Assembly: GCA_032718475.1 (NCBI GenBank)
Contig: JAUCBJ010005532.1
Coordinates: 1 to 58,912, forward strand
Reading direction: 5' to 3'
Length of the DNA stretch: 58,912 bases
From: Nemertoderma westbladi
Taxonomy: Eukaryota; Animalia; Xenacoelomorpha
Of the stretch, positions 28,501 to 43,500 are shown one piece after another (position 1 is the stretch's first letter; every line of letters begins with the position of its first letter). The notes under the pieces were generated by a model. That model did not search any database. It was not told the DNA's origin and saw only the letters and a list, made by a program, of their open reading frames with translations. Made by a program: the position numbers and the translations under genes.

Positions 28501-31500
28501 TGTTTAATGTCTAACAAACTACGTAGTGTGGAATGGCGAAGCGATTTAATGTCTAACAAACTACATAGTGTGGAATGGCGAAGCGATTTAATGTCTAACA
28601 AACTACATAGTGTCCAATAGCAAAGCTGTTTAATGTCTAACAAACTACGTAGTGTGGAATGGCGAAGCGATTTAATGTCTAACAAACTACATAGTGTGGA
28701 ATGGCGAAGCGATTTAATGTCTAACAAACTACGTAGTGTGGAATGGCGAAGCGATTTAATGTCTAACAAACTACATAGTGTGGAATGGCGAAGCGATTTA
28801 ATGTCTAACAAACTACGTAGTGTGGAATGGCGAAGCTATTTAATGTCTAACAAACTACATAGTGTGGAATGGCGAAGCTATTTAATGTCTAACAAACTAC
28901 ATAGTGTGGAATGGCGAAGCGATTTAATGTCTAACAAACTACATAGTGTGGAATGGCGAAGCGATTTAATGTCTAACAAACTACGTAGTGTGGAATGGCG
29001 AAGCTATTTAATGTCTAACAAACTACATAGTGTGGAATGGCGAAGCGATTTAATGTCTAACAAACTACGTAGTGTGGAATGGCGAAGCTATTTAATGTCT
29101 AACAAACTACATAGTGTGGAATGGCGAAGCGATTTAATGTCTAACAAACTACATAGTGTGGAATGGCGAAGCGATTTAATGTCTAACAAACTACATAGTG
29201 TGGAATGGCGAAGCGATTTAATGTCTAACAAACTACATAGTGTGGAATGGCGAAGCGATTTAATGTCTAACAAACTACATAGTGTGGAATGGCGAAGCTA
29301 TTTAATGTCTAACAAACTACATAGTGTGGAATGGCGAAGCTATTTAATGTCTAACAAACTACATAGTGTGGAATGGCGAAGCGATTTAATGTCTAACAAA
29401 CTACATAGTGTGGAATGGCGAAGCGATTTAATGTCTAACAAACTACATAGTGTCCAATAGCAAAGCTGTTTAATGTCTAACAAACTACATAGTGTGGAAT
29501 GGCGAAGCGATTTAATGTCTAACAAACTACATAGTGTCCAATAGCAAAGCTGTTTAATGTCTAACAAACTACGTAGTGTCCAATAGCAAAGCTATTTAAT
29601 GTCTAACAAACTACATAGTGTGGAATGGCGAAGCGATTTAATGTCTAACAAACTACATAGTGTGGAATGGCGAAGCGATTTAATGTCTAACAAACTACAT
29701 AGTGTGGAATGGCGAAGCTATTTAATGTCTAACAAACTACGTAGTGTCTAATAGCAAAGCTATTTAATGTCTAACAAACTACATAGTGTGGAATGGCGAA
29801 GCGATTTAATGTCTAACAAACTACGTAGTGTCTAATAGCAAAGCTATTTAATGTCTAACAAACTACATAGTGTGGAATGGCGAAGCGATTTAATGTCTAA
29901 CAAACTACGTAGTGTGGAATGGCGAAGCTATTTAATGTCTAACAAACTACGTAGTGTGGAATGGCGAAGCTATTTAATGTCTAACAAACTACGTAGTGTC
30001 TAATAGCAAAGCTATTTAATGTCTAACAAACTACGTAGTGTGGAATGGCGAAGCTATTTAATGTCTAACAAACTACGTAGTGTCTAATAGCAAAGCTATT
30101 TAATGTCTAACAAACTACATAGTGTGGAATGGCGAAGCTATTTAATGTCTAACAAACTACGTAGTGTCTAATAGCAAAGCTATTTAATGTCTAACAAACT
30201 ACATAGTGTGGAATGGCGAAGCGATTTAATGTCTAACAAACTACATAGTGTGGAATGGCGAAGCTATTTAATGTCTAACAAACTACGTAGTGTCTAATAG
30301 CAAAGCTATTTAATGTCTAACAAACTACATAGTGTGGAATGGCGAAGCTATTTAATGTCTAACAAACTACATAGTGTGCAATGGCGAAGCGATTTAATGT
30401 CTAACAAACTACATAGTGTGGAATGGCGAAGCGATTTAATGTCTAACAAACTACATAGTGTGGAATGGCGAAGCGATTTAATGTCTAACAAACTACATAG
30501 TGTGGAATGGCGAAGCTATTTAATGTCTAACAAACTACATAGTGTGGAATGGCGAAGCTATTTAATGTCTAACAAACTACATAGTGTGCAATGGCGAAGC
30601 GATTTAATGTCTAACAAACTACATAGTGTGGAATGGCGAAGCTATTTAATGTCTAACAAACTACGTAGTGTCTAATAGCAAAGCTATTTAATGTCTAACA
30701 AACTACATAGTGTGGAATGGCGAAGCGATTTAATGTCTAACAAACTACATAGTGTGGAATGGCGAAGCGATTTAATGTCTAACAAACTACATAGTGTGGA
30801 ATGGCGAAGCTATTTAATGTCTAACAAACTACATAGTGTGGAATGGCGAAGCTATTTAATGTCTAACAAACTACATAGTGTGCAATGGCGAAGCGATTTA
30901 ATGTCTAACAAACTACATAGTGTGGAATGGCGAAGCGATTTAATGTCTAACAAACTACATAGTGTGGAATGGCGAAGCTATTTAATGTCTAACAAACTAC
31001 GTAGTGTCTAATAGCAAAGCTATTTAATGTCTAACAAACTACATAGTGTGGAATGGCGAAGCGATTTAATGTCTAACAAACTACATAGTGTGGAATGGCG
31101 AAGCGATTTAATGTCTAACAAACTACATAGTGTCCAATAGCAAAGCTGTTTAATGTCTAACAAACTACATAGTGTGGAATGGCGAAGCGATTTAATGTCT
31201 AACAAACTACATAGTGTGGAATGGCGAAGCGATTTAATGTCTAACAAACTACATAGTGTCCAATAGCAAAGCTGTTTAATGTCTAACAAACTACATAGTG
31301 TGGAATGGCGAAGCGATTTAATGTCTAACAAACTACATAGTGTGGAATGGCGAAGCGATTTAATGTCTAACAAACTACATAGTGTCTAATAGTAAAGCTA
31401 TTTAATGTCTAACAAACTACGTAGTGTGGAATGGCGAAGCGATTTAATGTCTAACAAACTACATAGTGTGGAATGGCGAAGCGATTTAATGTCTAACAAA

Positions 31501-34500
31501 CTACATAGTGTCCAATAGCAAAGCTGTTTAATGTCTAACAAACTACATAGTGTGGAATGGCGAAGCGATTTAATGTATAACAAACTACGTAGTGTGGAAT
31601 GGCGAAGCTATTTAATGTCTAACAAACTACATAGTGTCTAATAGTAAAGCTATTTAATGTCTAACAAACTACATAGTGTGGAATGGCGAAGCGATTTAAT
31701 GTATAACAAACTACGTAGTGTGGAATGGCGAAGCTATTTAATGTCTAACAAACTACATAGTGTCTAATAGTAAAGCTATTTAATGTCTAACAAACTACAT
31801 AGTGTGGAATGGCGAAGCTATTTAATGTCTAACAAACTACATAGTGTGGAATGGCGAAGCGATTTAATGTCTAACAAACTACATAGTGTCTAATAGTAAA
31901 GCTATTTAATGTCTAACAAACTACGTAGTGTGGAATGGCGAAGCGATTTAATGTCTAACAAACTACATAGTGTGGAATGGCGAAGCGATTTAATGTCTAA
32001 CAAACTACATAGTGTCCAATAGCAAAGCTGTTTAATGTCTAACAAACTACATAGTGTGGAATGGCGAAGCGATTTAATGTATAACAAACTACATAGTGTG
32101 GAATGGCGAAGCGATTTAATGTCTAACAAACTACGTAGTGTGGAATGGCGAAGCTATTTAATGTCTAACAAACTACATAGTGTGGAATGGCGAAGCGATT
32201 TAATGTCTAACAAACTACATAGTGTGGAATGGCGAAGCGATTTAATGTCTAACAAACTACGTAGTGTGGAATGGCGAAGCTATTTAATGTCTAACAAACT
32301 ACATAGTGTCCAATAGCAAAGCTATTTAATGTCTAACAAACTACATAGTGTGGAATGGCGAAGCGATTTAATGTCTAACAAACTACATAGTGTGGAATGG
32401 CGAAGCGATTTAATGTCTAACAAACTACATAGTGTCTAATAGTAAAGCTATTTAATGTCTAACAAACTACATAGTGTCTAATAGCAAAGCTATTTAATGT
32501 CTAACAAACTACATAGTGTGGAATGGCGAAGCGATTTAATGTCTAACAAACTACATAGTGTGGAATGGCGAAGCGATTTAATGTCTAACAAACTACATAG
32601 TGTGGAATGGCGAAGCGATTTAATGTCTAACAAACTACATAGTGTCCAATAGCAAAGCTATTTAATGTCTAACAAACTACATAGTGTCTAATAGTAAAGC
32701 TATTTAATGTCTAACAAACTACATAGTGTGGAATAGCAAAGCTATTTAATGTCTAACAAACTACGTAGTGTGGAATGGCGAAGCTATTTAATGTCTAACA
32801 AACTACATAGTGTGGAATGGCGAAGCGATTTAATGTCTAACAAACTACATAGTGTCTAATAGCAAAGCTATTTAATGTCTAACAAACTACATAGTGTGGA
32901 ATAGCAAAGCTATTTAATGTCTAACAAACTACATAGTGTGGAATGGCGAAGCGATTTAATGTCTAACAAACTACATAGTGTGGAATGGCGAAGCGATTTA
33001 ATGTCTAACAAACTACGTAGTGTGGAATGGCGAAGCGATTTAATGTCTAACAAACTACATAGTGTCCAATAGCAAAGCTATTTAATGTCTAACAAACTAC
33101 ATAGTGTGGAATAGCAAAGCTATTTAATGTCTAACAAACTACATAGTGTGGAATGGCGAAGCGATTTAATGTCTAACAAACTACATAGTGTGGAATGGCG
33201 AAGCGATTTAATGTCTAACAAACTACATAGTGTGGAATGGCGAAGCTATTTAATGTCTAACAAACTACATAGTGTGGAATGGCGAAGCGATTTAATGTCT
33301 AACAAACTACATAGTGTGGAATGGCGAAGCGATTTAATGTCTAACAAACTACGTAGTGTGGAATGGCGAAGCTATTTAATGTCTAACAAACTACATAGTG
33401 TGGAATGGCGAAGCGATTTAATGTCTAACAAACTACGTAGTGTGGAATGGCGAAGCTATTTAATGTCTAACAAACTACATAGTGTGGAATGGCGAAGCGA
33501 TTTAATGTCTAACAAACTACATAGTGTGGAATGGCGAAGCTATTTAATGTCTAACAAACTACATAGTGTGGAATGGCGAAGCGATTTAATGTCTAACAAA
33601 CTACATAGTGTGGAATGGCGAAGCGATTTAATGTCTAACAAACTACATAGTGTGGAATGGCGAAGCGATTTAATGTCTAACAAACTACGTAGTGTGGAAT
33701 GGCGAAGCTATTTAATGTCTAACAAACTACATAGTGTGGAATGGCGAAGCGATTTAATGTCTAACAAACTACATAGTGTGGAATGGCGAAGCTATTTAAT
33801 GTCTAACAAACTACATAGTGTGGAATGGCGAAGCGATTTAATGTCTAACAAACTACATAGTGTGGAATGGCGAAGCGATTTAATGTCTAACAAACTACAT
33901 AGTGTGGAATGGCGAAGCGATTTAATGTCTAACAAACTACGTAGTGTGGAATGGCGAAGCTATTTAATGTCTAACAAACTACATAGTGTCCAATAGCAAA
34001 GCTATTTAATGTCTAACAAACTACATAGTGTGGAATGGCGAAGCGATTTAATGTCTAACAAACTACATAGTGTGGAATGGCGAAGCGATTTAATGTCTAA
34101 CAAACTACATAGTGTCTAATAGTAAAGCTATTTAATGTCTAACAAACTACATAGTGTCTAATAGCAAAGCTATTTAATGTCTAACAAACTACATAGTGTG
34201 GAATGGCGAAGCGATTTAATGTCTAACAAACTACATAGTGTCCAATAGCAAAGCTATTTAATGTCTAACAAACTACATAGTGTGGAATGGCGAAGCGATT
34301 TAATGTCTAACAAACTACATAGTGTCCAATAGCAAAGCTATTTAATGTCTAACAAACTACATAGTGTGGAATGGCGAAGCTATTTAATGTCTAACAAACT
34401 ACATAGTGTGGAATGGCGAAGCGATTTAATGTCTAACAAACTACGTAGTGTGGAATGGCGAAGCTATTTAATGTCTAACAAACTACATAGTGTGGAATGG

Positions 34501-37500
34501 CGAAGCTATTTAATGTCTAACAAACTACGTAGTGTGGAATGGCGAAGCTATTTAATGTCTAACAAACTACATAGTGTGGAATGGCGAAGCGATTTAATGT
34601 CTAACAAACTACATAGTGTGGAATGGCGAAGCTATTTAATGTCTAACAAACTACGTAGTGTGGAATGGCGAAGCTATTTAATGTCTAACAAACTACATAG
34701 TGTGGAATGGCGAAGCTATTTAATGTCTAACAAACTACGTAGTGTGGAATGGCGAAGCTATTTAATGTCTAACAAACTACATAGTGTGGAATGGCGAAGC
34801 GATTTAATGTCTAACAAACTACATAGTGTGGAATGGCGAAGCTATTTAATGTCTAACAAACTACGTAGTGTGGAATGGCGAAGCTATTTAATGTCTAACA
34901 AACTACGTAGTGTGGAATGGCGAAGCTATTTAATGTCTAACAAACTACATAGTGTGGAATGGCGAAGCGATTTAATGTCTAACAAACTACATAGTGTGGA
35001 ATGGCGAAGCTATTTAATGTCTAACAAACTACGTAGTGTGGAATGGCGAAGCTATTTAATGTCTAACAAACTACATAGTGTGGAATGGCGAAGCGATTTA
35101 ATGTCTAACAAACTACATAGTGTCCAATAGCAAAGCTGTTTAATGTCTAACAAACTACGTAGTGTCCAATAGCAAAGCTATTTAATGTCTAACAAACTAC
35201 ATAGTGTGGAATGGCGAAGCTATTTAATGTCTAACAAACTACGTAGTGTGGAATGGCGAAGCTATTTAATGTATAACAAACTACGTAGTGTGGAATGGCG
35301 AAGCTATTTAATGTCTAACAAACTACATAGTGTGGAATGGCGAAGCGATTTAATGTCTAACAAACTACATAGTGTCCAATAGCAAAGCTGTTTAATGTCT
35401 AACAAACTACATAGTGTGGAATGGCGAAGCTATTTAATGTCTAACAAACTACGTAGTGTGGAATGGCGAAGCTATTTAATGTCTAACAAACTACATAGTG
35501 TGGAATGGCGAAGCGATTTAATGTCTAACAAACTACGTAGTGTGGAATGGCGAAGCTATTTAATGTCTAACAAACTACGTAGTGTGGAATGGCGAAGCTA
35601 TTTAATGTCTAACAAACTACGTAGTGTGGAATGGCGAAGCTATTTAATGTCTAACAAACTACATAGTGTGGAATGGCGAAGCGATTTAATGTCTAACAAA
35701 CTACATAGTGTCCAATAGCAAAGCTGTTTAATGTCTAACAAACTACATAGTGTGGAATGGCGAAGCGATTTAATGTCTAACAAACTACATAGTGTGGAAT
35801 GGCGAAGCGATTTAATGTCTAACAAACTACATAGTGTCCAATAGCAAAGCTGTTTAATGTCTAACAAACTACATAGTGTGGAATGGCGAAGCGATTTAAT
35901 GTCTAACAAACTACATAGTGTCCAATAGCAAAGCTATTTAATGTCTAACAAACTACATAGTGTCCAATAGCAAAGCTGTTTAATGTCTAACAAACTACAT
36001 AGTGTGGAATGGCGAAGCGATTTAATGTCTAACAAACTACATAGTGTGGAATGGCGAAGCGATTTAATGTCTAACAAACTACATAGTGTCCAATAGCAAA
36101 GCTGTTTAATGTCTAACAAACTACATAGTGTGGAATGGCGAAGCGATTTAATGTCTAACAAACTACATAGTGTCCAATAGCAAAGCTATTTAATGTCTAA
36201 CAAACTACATAGTGTCCAATAGCAAAGCTGTTTAATGTCTAACAAACTACATAGTGTGGAATGGCGAAGCGATTTAATGTCTAACAAACTACATAGTGTG
36301 GAATGGCGAAGCGATTTAATGTCTAACAAACTACATAGTGTCCAATAGCAAAGCTGTTTAATGTCTAACAAACTACATAGTGTGGAATGGCGAAGCGATT
36401 TAATGTCTAACAAACTACATAGTGTCCAATAGCAAAGCTATTTAATGTCTAACAAACTACATAGTGTCCAATAGCAAAGCTGTTTAATGTCTAACAAACT
36501 ACATAGTGTGGAATGGCGAAGCGATTTAATGTCTAACAAACTACATAGTGTGGAATGGCGAAGCGATTTAATGTCTAACAAACTACATAGTGTCCAATAG
36601 CAAAGCTGTTTAATGTCTAACAAACTACATAGTGTGGAATGGCGAAGCGATTTAATGTCTAACAAACTACATAGTGTCCAATAGCAAAGCTATTTAATGT
36701 CTAACAAACTACATAGTGTCCAATAGCAAAGCTATTTAATGTCTAACAAACTACATAGTGTCCAATAGCAAAGCTGTTTAATGTCTAACAAACTACATAG
36801 TGTGGAATGGCGAAGCGATTTAATGTCTAACAAACTACATAGTGTGGAATGGCGAAGCGATTTAATGTCTAACAAACTACATAGTGTCCAATAGCAAAGC
36901 TGTTTAATGTCTAACAAACTACATAGTGTGGAATGGCGAAGCGATTTAATGTCTAACAAACTACATAGTGTCCAATAGCAAAGCTGTTTAATGTCTAACA
37001 AACTACATAGTGTGGAATGGCGAAGCGATTTAATGTCTAACAAACTACATAGTGTCCAATAGCAAAGCTATTTAATGTCTAACAAACTACGTAGTGTCCA
37101 ATAGCAAAGCTGTTTAATGTCTAACAAACTACATAGTGTGGAATGGCGAAGCGATTTAATGTCTAACAAACTACGTAGTGTGGAATGGCGAAGCGATTTA
37201 ATGTCTAACAAACTACATAGTGTGGAATGGCGAAGCGATTTAATGTCTAACAAACTACATAGTGTCCAATAGCAAAGCTATTTAATGTCTAACAAACTAC
37301 ATAGTGTGGAATGGCGAAGCGATTTAATGTCTAACAAACTACATAGTGTGGAATGGCGAAGCGATTTAATGTCTAACAAACTACGTAGTGTGGAATGGCG
37401 AAGCTATTTAATGTCTAACAAACTACATAGTGTGGAATGGCGAAGCTATTTAATGTCTAACAAACTACGTAGTGTGGAATGGCGAAGCTATTTAATGTCT

Positions 37501-40500
37501 AACAAACTACATAGTGTGGAATGGCGAAGCGATTTAATGTCTAACAAACTACATAGTGTCCAATAGCAAAGCTGTTTAATGTCTAACAAACTACGTAGTG
37601 TCCAATAGCAAAGCTATTTAATGTCTAACAAACTACATAGTGTGGAATGGCGAAGCGATTTAATGTCTAACAAACTACGTAGTGTGGAATGGCGAAGCGA
37701 TTTAATGTCTAACAAACTACGTAGTGTCCAATAGCAAAGCTGTTTAATGTCTAACAAACTACGTAGTGTCCAATAGCAAAGCTATTTAATGTCTAACAAA
37801 CTACATAGTGTGGAATGGCGAAGCTATTTAATGTCTAACAAACTACATAGTGTCCAATAGCAAAGCTGTTTAATGTCTAACAAACTACGTAGTGTCCAAT
37901 AGCAAAGCTATTTAATGTCTAACAAACTACATAGTGTGGAATGGCGAAGCTATTTAATGTCGAACAAACTACATAGTGTGGAATGGCGAAGCTATTTAAT
38001 GTCTAACAAACTACGTAGTGTGGAATGGCGAAGCGATTTAATGTCTAACAAACTACGTAGTGTGGAATGGCGAAGCTATTTAATGTCGAACAAACTACAT
38101 AGTGTGGAATGGCGAAGCTATTTAATGTCTAACAAACTACGTAGTGTGGAATGGCGAAGCGATTTAATGTCTAACAAACTACGTAGTGTGGAATGGCGAA
38201 GCTATTTAATGTCTAACAAACTACATAGTGTCTAATAGTAAAGCTATTTAATGTCTAACAAACTACATAGTGTGCAATGGCGAAGCTATTTAATGTCGAA
38301 CAAACTACATAGTGTGGAATGGCGAAGCTATTTAATGTCTAACAAACTACGTAGTGTGGAATGGCGAAGCGATTTAATGTCTAACAAACTACGTAGTGTG
38401 CAATGGCGAAGCTATTTAATGTCTAACAAACTACATAGTGTGGAATGGCGAAGCTATTTAATGTCTAACAAACTACATAGTGTCCAATGGCGAAGCGATT
38501 TAATGTCTAACAAACTACATAGTGTGGAATGGCGAAGCGATTTAATGTCTAACAAACTACGTAGTGTGCAATGGCGAAGCTATTTAATGTCTAACAAACT
38601 ACATAGTGTGGAATGGCGAAGCTATTTAATGTCTAACAAACTACATAGTGTCCAATGGCGAAGCGATTTAATGTCTAACAAACTACATAGTGTCCAATGG
38701 CGAAGCTATTTAATGTCTAACAAACTACATAGTGTGGAATGGCGAAGCTATTTAATGTCTAACAAACTACATAGTGTCCAATGGCGAAGCTATTTAATGT
38801 CTAACAAACTACATAGTGTCTAATAGCAAAGCTATTTAATGTCTAACAAACTACATAGTGTGGAATGGCGAAGCGATTTAATGTCTAACAAACTACATAG
38901 TGTCTAATAGCAAAGCTATTTAATGTCTAACAAACTACATAGTGTCTAATAGCAAAGCTATTTAATGTCTAACAAACTACATAGTGTGGAATGGCGAAGC
39001 TATTTAATGTCTAACAAACTACATAGTGTCTAATAGTAAAGCTATTTAATGTCTAACAAACTACATAGTGTGGAATGGCGAAGCTATTTAATGTCTAACA
39101 AACTACGTAGTGTGGAATGGCGAAGCGATTTAATGTCTAACAAACTACGTAGTGTGGAATGGCGAAGCTATTTAATGTATAACAAACTACATAGTGTGGA
39201 ATGGCGAAGCTATTTAATGTATAACAAACTACATAGTGTGGAATGGCGAAGCTATTTAATGTCTAACAAACTACATAGTGTCTAATAGCAAAGCTATTTA
39301 ATGTCTAACAAACTACATAGTGTCTAATAGCAAAGCTATTTAATGTCTAACAAACTACATAGTGTGGAATGGCGAAGCTATTTAATGTCTAACAAACTAC
39401 ATAGTGTCTAATAGTAAAGCTATTTAATGTCTAACAAACTACATAGTGTGGAATGGCGAAGCTATTTAATGTCTAACAAACTACGTAGTGTGGAATGGCG
39501 AAGCGATTTAATGTCTAACAAACTACATAGTGTCTAATAGTAAAGCTATTTAATGTCTAACAAACTACATAGTGTGGAATGGCGAAGCTATTTAATGTCT
39601 AACAAACTACGTAGTGTGGAATGGCGAAGCTATTTAATGTCTAACAAACTACGTAGTGTGGAATGGCGAAGCTATTTAATGTCTAACAAACTACGTAGTG
39701 TGGAATGGCGAAGCGATTTAATGTCTAACAAACTACGTAGTGTGGAATGGCGAAGCGATTTAATGTCTAACAAACTACATAGTGTCTAATAGCAAAGCTA
39801 TTTAATGTCTAACAAACTACATAGTGTCTAATAGCAAAGCTATTTAATGTCTAACAAACTACATAGTGTGGAATGGCGAAGCTATTTAATGTCTAACAAA
39901 CTACATAGTGTCTAATAGTAAAGCTATTTAATGTCTAACAAACTACATAGTGTGGAATGGCGAAGCTATTTAATGTCTAACAAACTACGTAGTGTGGAAT
40001 GGCGAAGCGATTTAATGTCTAACAAACTACGTAGTGTGGAATGGCGAAGCTATTTAATGTCTAACAAACTACATAGTGTCTAATAGTAAAGCTATTTAAT
40101 GTCTAACAAACTACATAGTGTGGAATGGCGAAGCTATTTAATGTCTAACAAACTACATAGTGTCTAATAGTAAAGCTATTTAATGTCTAACAAACTACGT
40201 AGTGTGGAATGGCGAAGCTATTTAATGTCTAACAAACTACGTAGTGTGGAATGGCGAAGCTATTTAATGTCTAACAAACTACATAGTGTCTAATAGCAAA
40301 GCTATTTAATGTCTAACAAACTACATAGTGTCCAATAGTAAAGCTATTTAATGTCTAACAAACTACATAGTGTGGAATGGCGAAGCTATTTAATGTCTAA
40401 CAAACTACATAGTGTCTAATAGTAAAGCTATTTAATGTCTAACAAACTACGTAGTGTCTAATAGCAAAGCTATTTAATGTCTAACAAACTACATAGTGTC

Positions 40501-43500
40501 TAATAGTAAAGCTATTTAATGTCTAACAAACTACATAGTGTGGAATGGCGAAGCTATTTAATGTCTAACAAACTACATAGTGTCTAATAGTAAAGCTATT
40601 TAATGTCTAACAAACTACGTAGTGTGCAATGGCGAAGCTATTTAATGTCTAACAAACTACATAGTGTCTAATAGTAAAGCTATTTAATGTCTAACAAACT
40701 ACGTAGTGTCTAATAGCAAAGCTATTTAATGTCTAACAAACTACATAGTGTCTAATAGTAAAGCTATTTAATGTCTAACAAACTACATAGTGTGGAATGG
40801 CGAAGCTATTTAATGTCTAACAAACTACATAGTGTCTAATAGTAAAGCTATTTAATGTCTAACAAACTACGTAGTGTGCAATGGCGAAGCTATTTAATGT
40901 CTAACAAACTACATAGTGTCTAATAGCAAAGCTATTTAATGTCTAACAAACTACATAGTGTCTAATAGTAAAGCTATTTAATGTCTAACAAACTACATAG
41001 TGTCTAATAGTAAAGCTATTTAATGTCTAACAAACTACATAGTGTCTAATAGCAAAGCTATTTAATGTCTAACAAACTACATAGTGTCTAATAGCAAAGC
41101 TATTTAATGTCTAACAAACTACATAGTGTCTAATAGTAAAGCTATTTAATGTCTAACAAACTACATAGTGTCTAATAGTAAAGCTATTTAATGTCTAACA
41201 AACTACATAGTGTGGAATGGCGAAGCTATTTAATGTCTAACAAACTACATAGTGTCTAATAGTAAAGCTATTTAATGTCTAACAAACTACGTAGTGTGGA
41301 ATGGCGAAGCTATTTAATGTCTAACAAACTACGTAGTGTGGAATGGCGAAGCTATTTAATGTCTAACAAACTACATAGTGTCTAATAGCAAAGCTATTTA
41401 ATGTCTAACAAACTACATAGTGTCCAATAGTAAAGCTATTTAATGTCTAACAAACTACATAGTGTGGAATGGCGAAGCTATTTAATGTCTAACAAACTAC
41501 ATAGTGTCTAATAGTAAAGCTATTTAATGTCTAACAAACTACGTAGTGTCTAATAGCAAAGCTATTTAATGTCTAACAAACTACATAGTGTCTAATAGTA
41601 AAGCTATTTAATGTCTAACAAACTACATAGTGTGGAATGGCGAAGCTATTTAATGTCTAACAAACTACATAGTGTCTAATAGTAAAGCTATTTAATGTCT
41701 AACAAACTACGTAGTGTGCAATGGCGAAGCTATTTAATGTCTAACAAACTACATAGTGTCTAATAGCAAAGCTATTTAATGTCTAACAAACTACATAGTG
41801 TCTAATAGTAAAGCTATTTAATGTCTAACAAACTACATAGTGTGGAATGGCGAAGCTATTTAATGTCTAACAAACTACATAGTGTCTAATAGTAAAGCTA
41901 TTTAATGTCTAACAAACTACGTAGTGTGCAATGGCGAAGCTATTTAATGTCTAACAAACTACATAGTGTCTAATAGTAAAGCTATTTAATGTCTAACAAA
42001 CTACATAGTGTGGAATGGCGAAGCTATTTAATGTCTAACAAACTACATAGTGTCTAATAGTAAAGCTATTTAATGTCTAACAAACTACATAGTGTGGAAT
42101 GGCGAAGCTATTTAATGTCTAACAAACTACATAGTGTCTAATAGTAAAGCTATTTAATGTCTAACAAACTACGTAGTGTGGAATGGCGAAGCTATTTAAT
42201 GTCTAACAAACTACGTAGTGTGGAATGGCGAAGCTATTTAATGTCTAACAAACTACATAGTGTCTAATAGTAAAGCTATTTAATGTCTAACAAACTACGT
42301 AGTGTGCAATGGCGAAGCTATTTAATGTCTAACAAACTACATAGTGTGGAATGGCGAAGCTATTTAATGTCTAACAAACTACATAGTGTGGAATGGCGAA
42401 GCTATTTAATGTCTAACAAACTACGTAGTGTCTAATAGTAAAGCTATTTAATGTCTAACAAACTACGTAGTGTGCAATGGCGAAGCTATTTAATGTCTAA
42501 CAAACTACGTAGTGTGGAATGGCGAAGCTATTTAATGTCTAACAAACTACATAGTGTCTAATAGTAAAGCTATTTAATGTCTAACAAACTACGTAGTGTC
42601 TAATAGTAAAGCTATTTAATGTCTAACAAACTACGTAGTGTGCAATGGCGAAGCTATTTAATGTCTAACAAACTACATAGTGTGGAATGGCGAAGCTATT
42701 TAATGTCTAACAAACTACGTAGTGTCTAATAGTAAAGCTATTTAATGTCTAACAAACTACGTAGTGTGCAATGGCGAAGCTATTTAATGTCTAACAAACT
42801 ACATAGTGTGGAATGGCGAAGCTATTTAATGTCTAACAAACTACATAGTGTCTAATAGTAAAGCTATTTAATGTCTAACAAACTACGTAGTGTGCAATAG
42901 CAAAGCTATTTAATGTCTAACAAACTACATAGTGTCTAATAGTAAAGCTATTTAATGTCTAACAAACTACGTAGTGTGCAATGGCGAAGCTATTTAATGT
43001 CTAACAAACTACATAGTGTGGAATGGCGAAGCTATTTAATGTCTAACAAACTACATAGTGTCTAATAGCAAAGCTATTTAATGTCTAACAAACTACGTAG
43101 TGTGCAATGGCGAAGCTATTTAATGTCTAACAAACTACATAGTGTCTAATAGCAAAGCTATTTAATATCTAACAAACTACATAGTGTGCAATAGCAAAGC
43201 TATTTAATGTCTAACAAACTACATAGTGTGCAATAGCAAAGCTATTTAATGTCTAACAAACTACATAGTGTCTAATAGCAAAGCTATTTAATGTCTAACA
43301 AACTACATAGTGTGGAATGGCGAAGCTATTTAATGTCTAACAAACTACATAGTGTGGAATGGCGAAGCTATTTAATGTCTAACAAACTACATAGTGTCTA
43401 ATAGTAAAGCTATTTAATGTCTAACAAACTACGTAGTGTGCAATGGCGAAGCTATTTAATGTCTAACAAACTACATAGTGTGGAATGGCGAAGCTATTTA

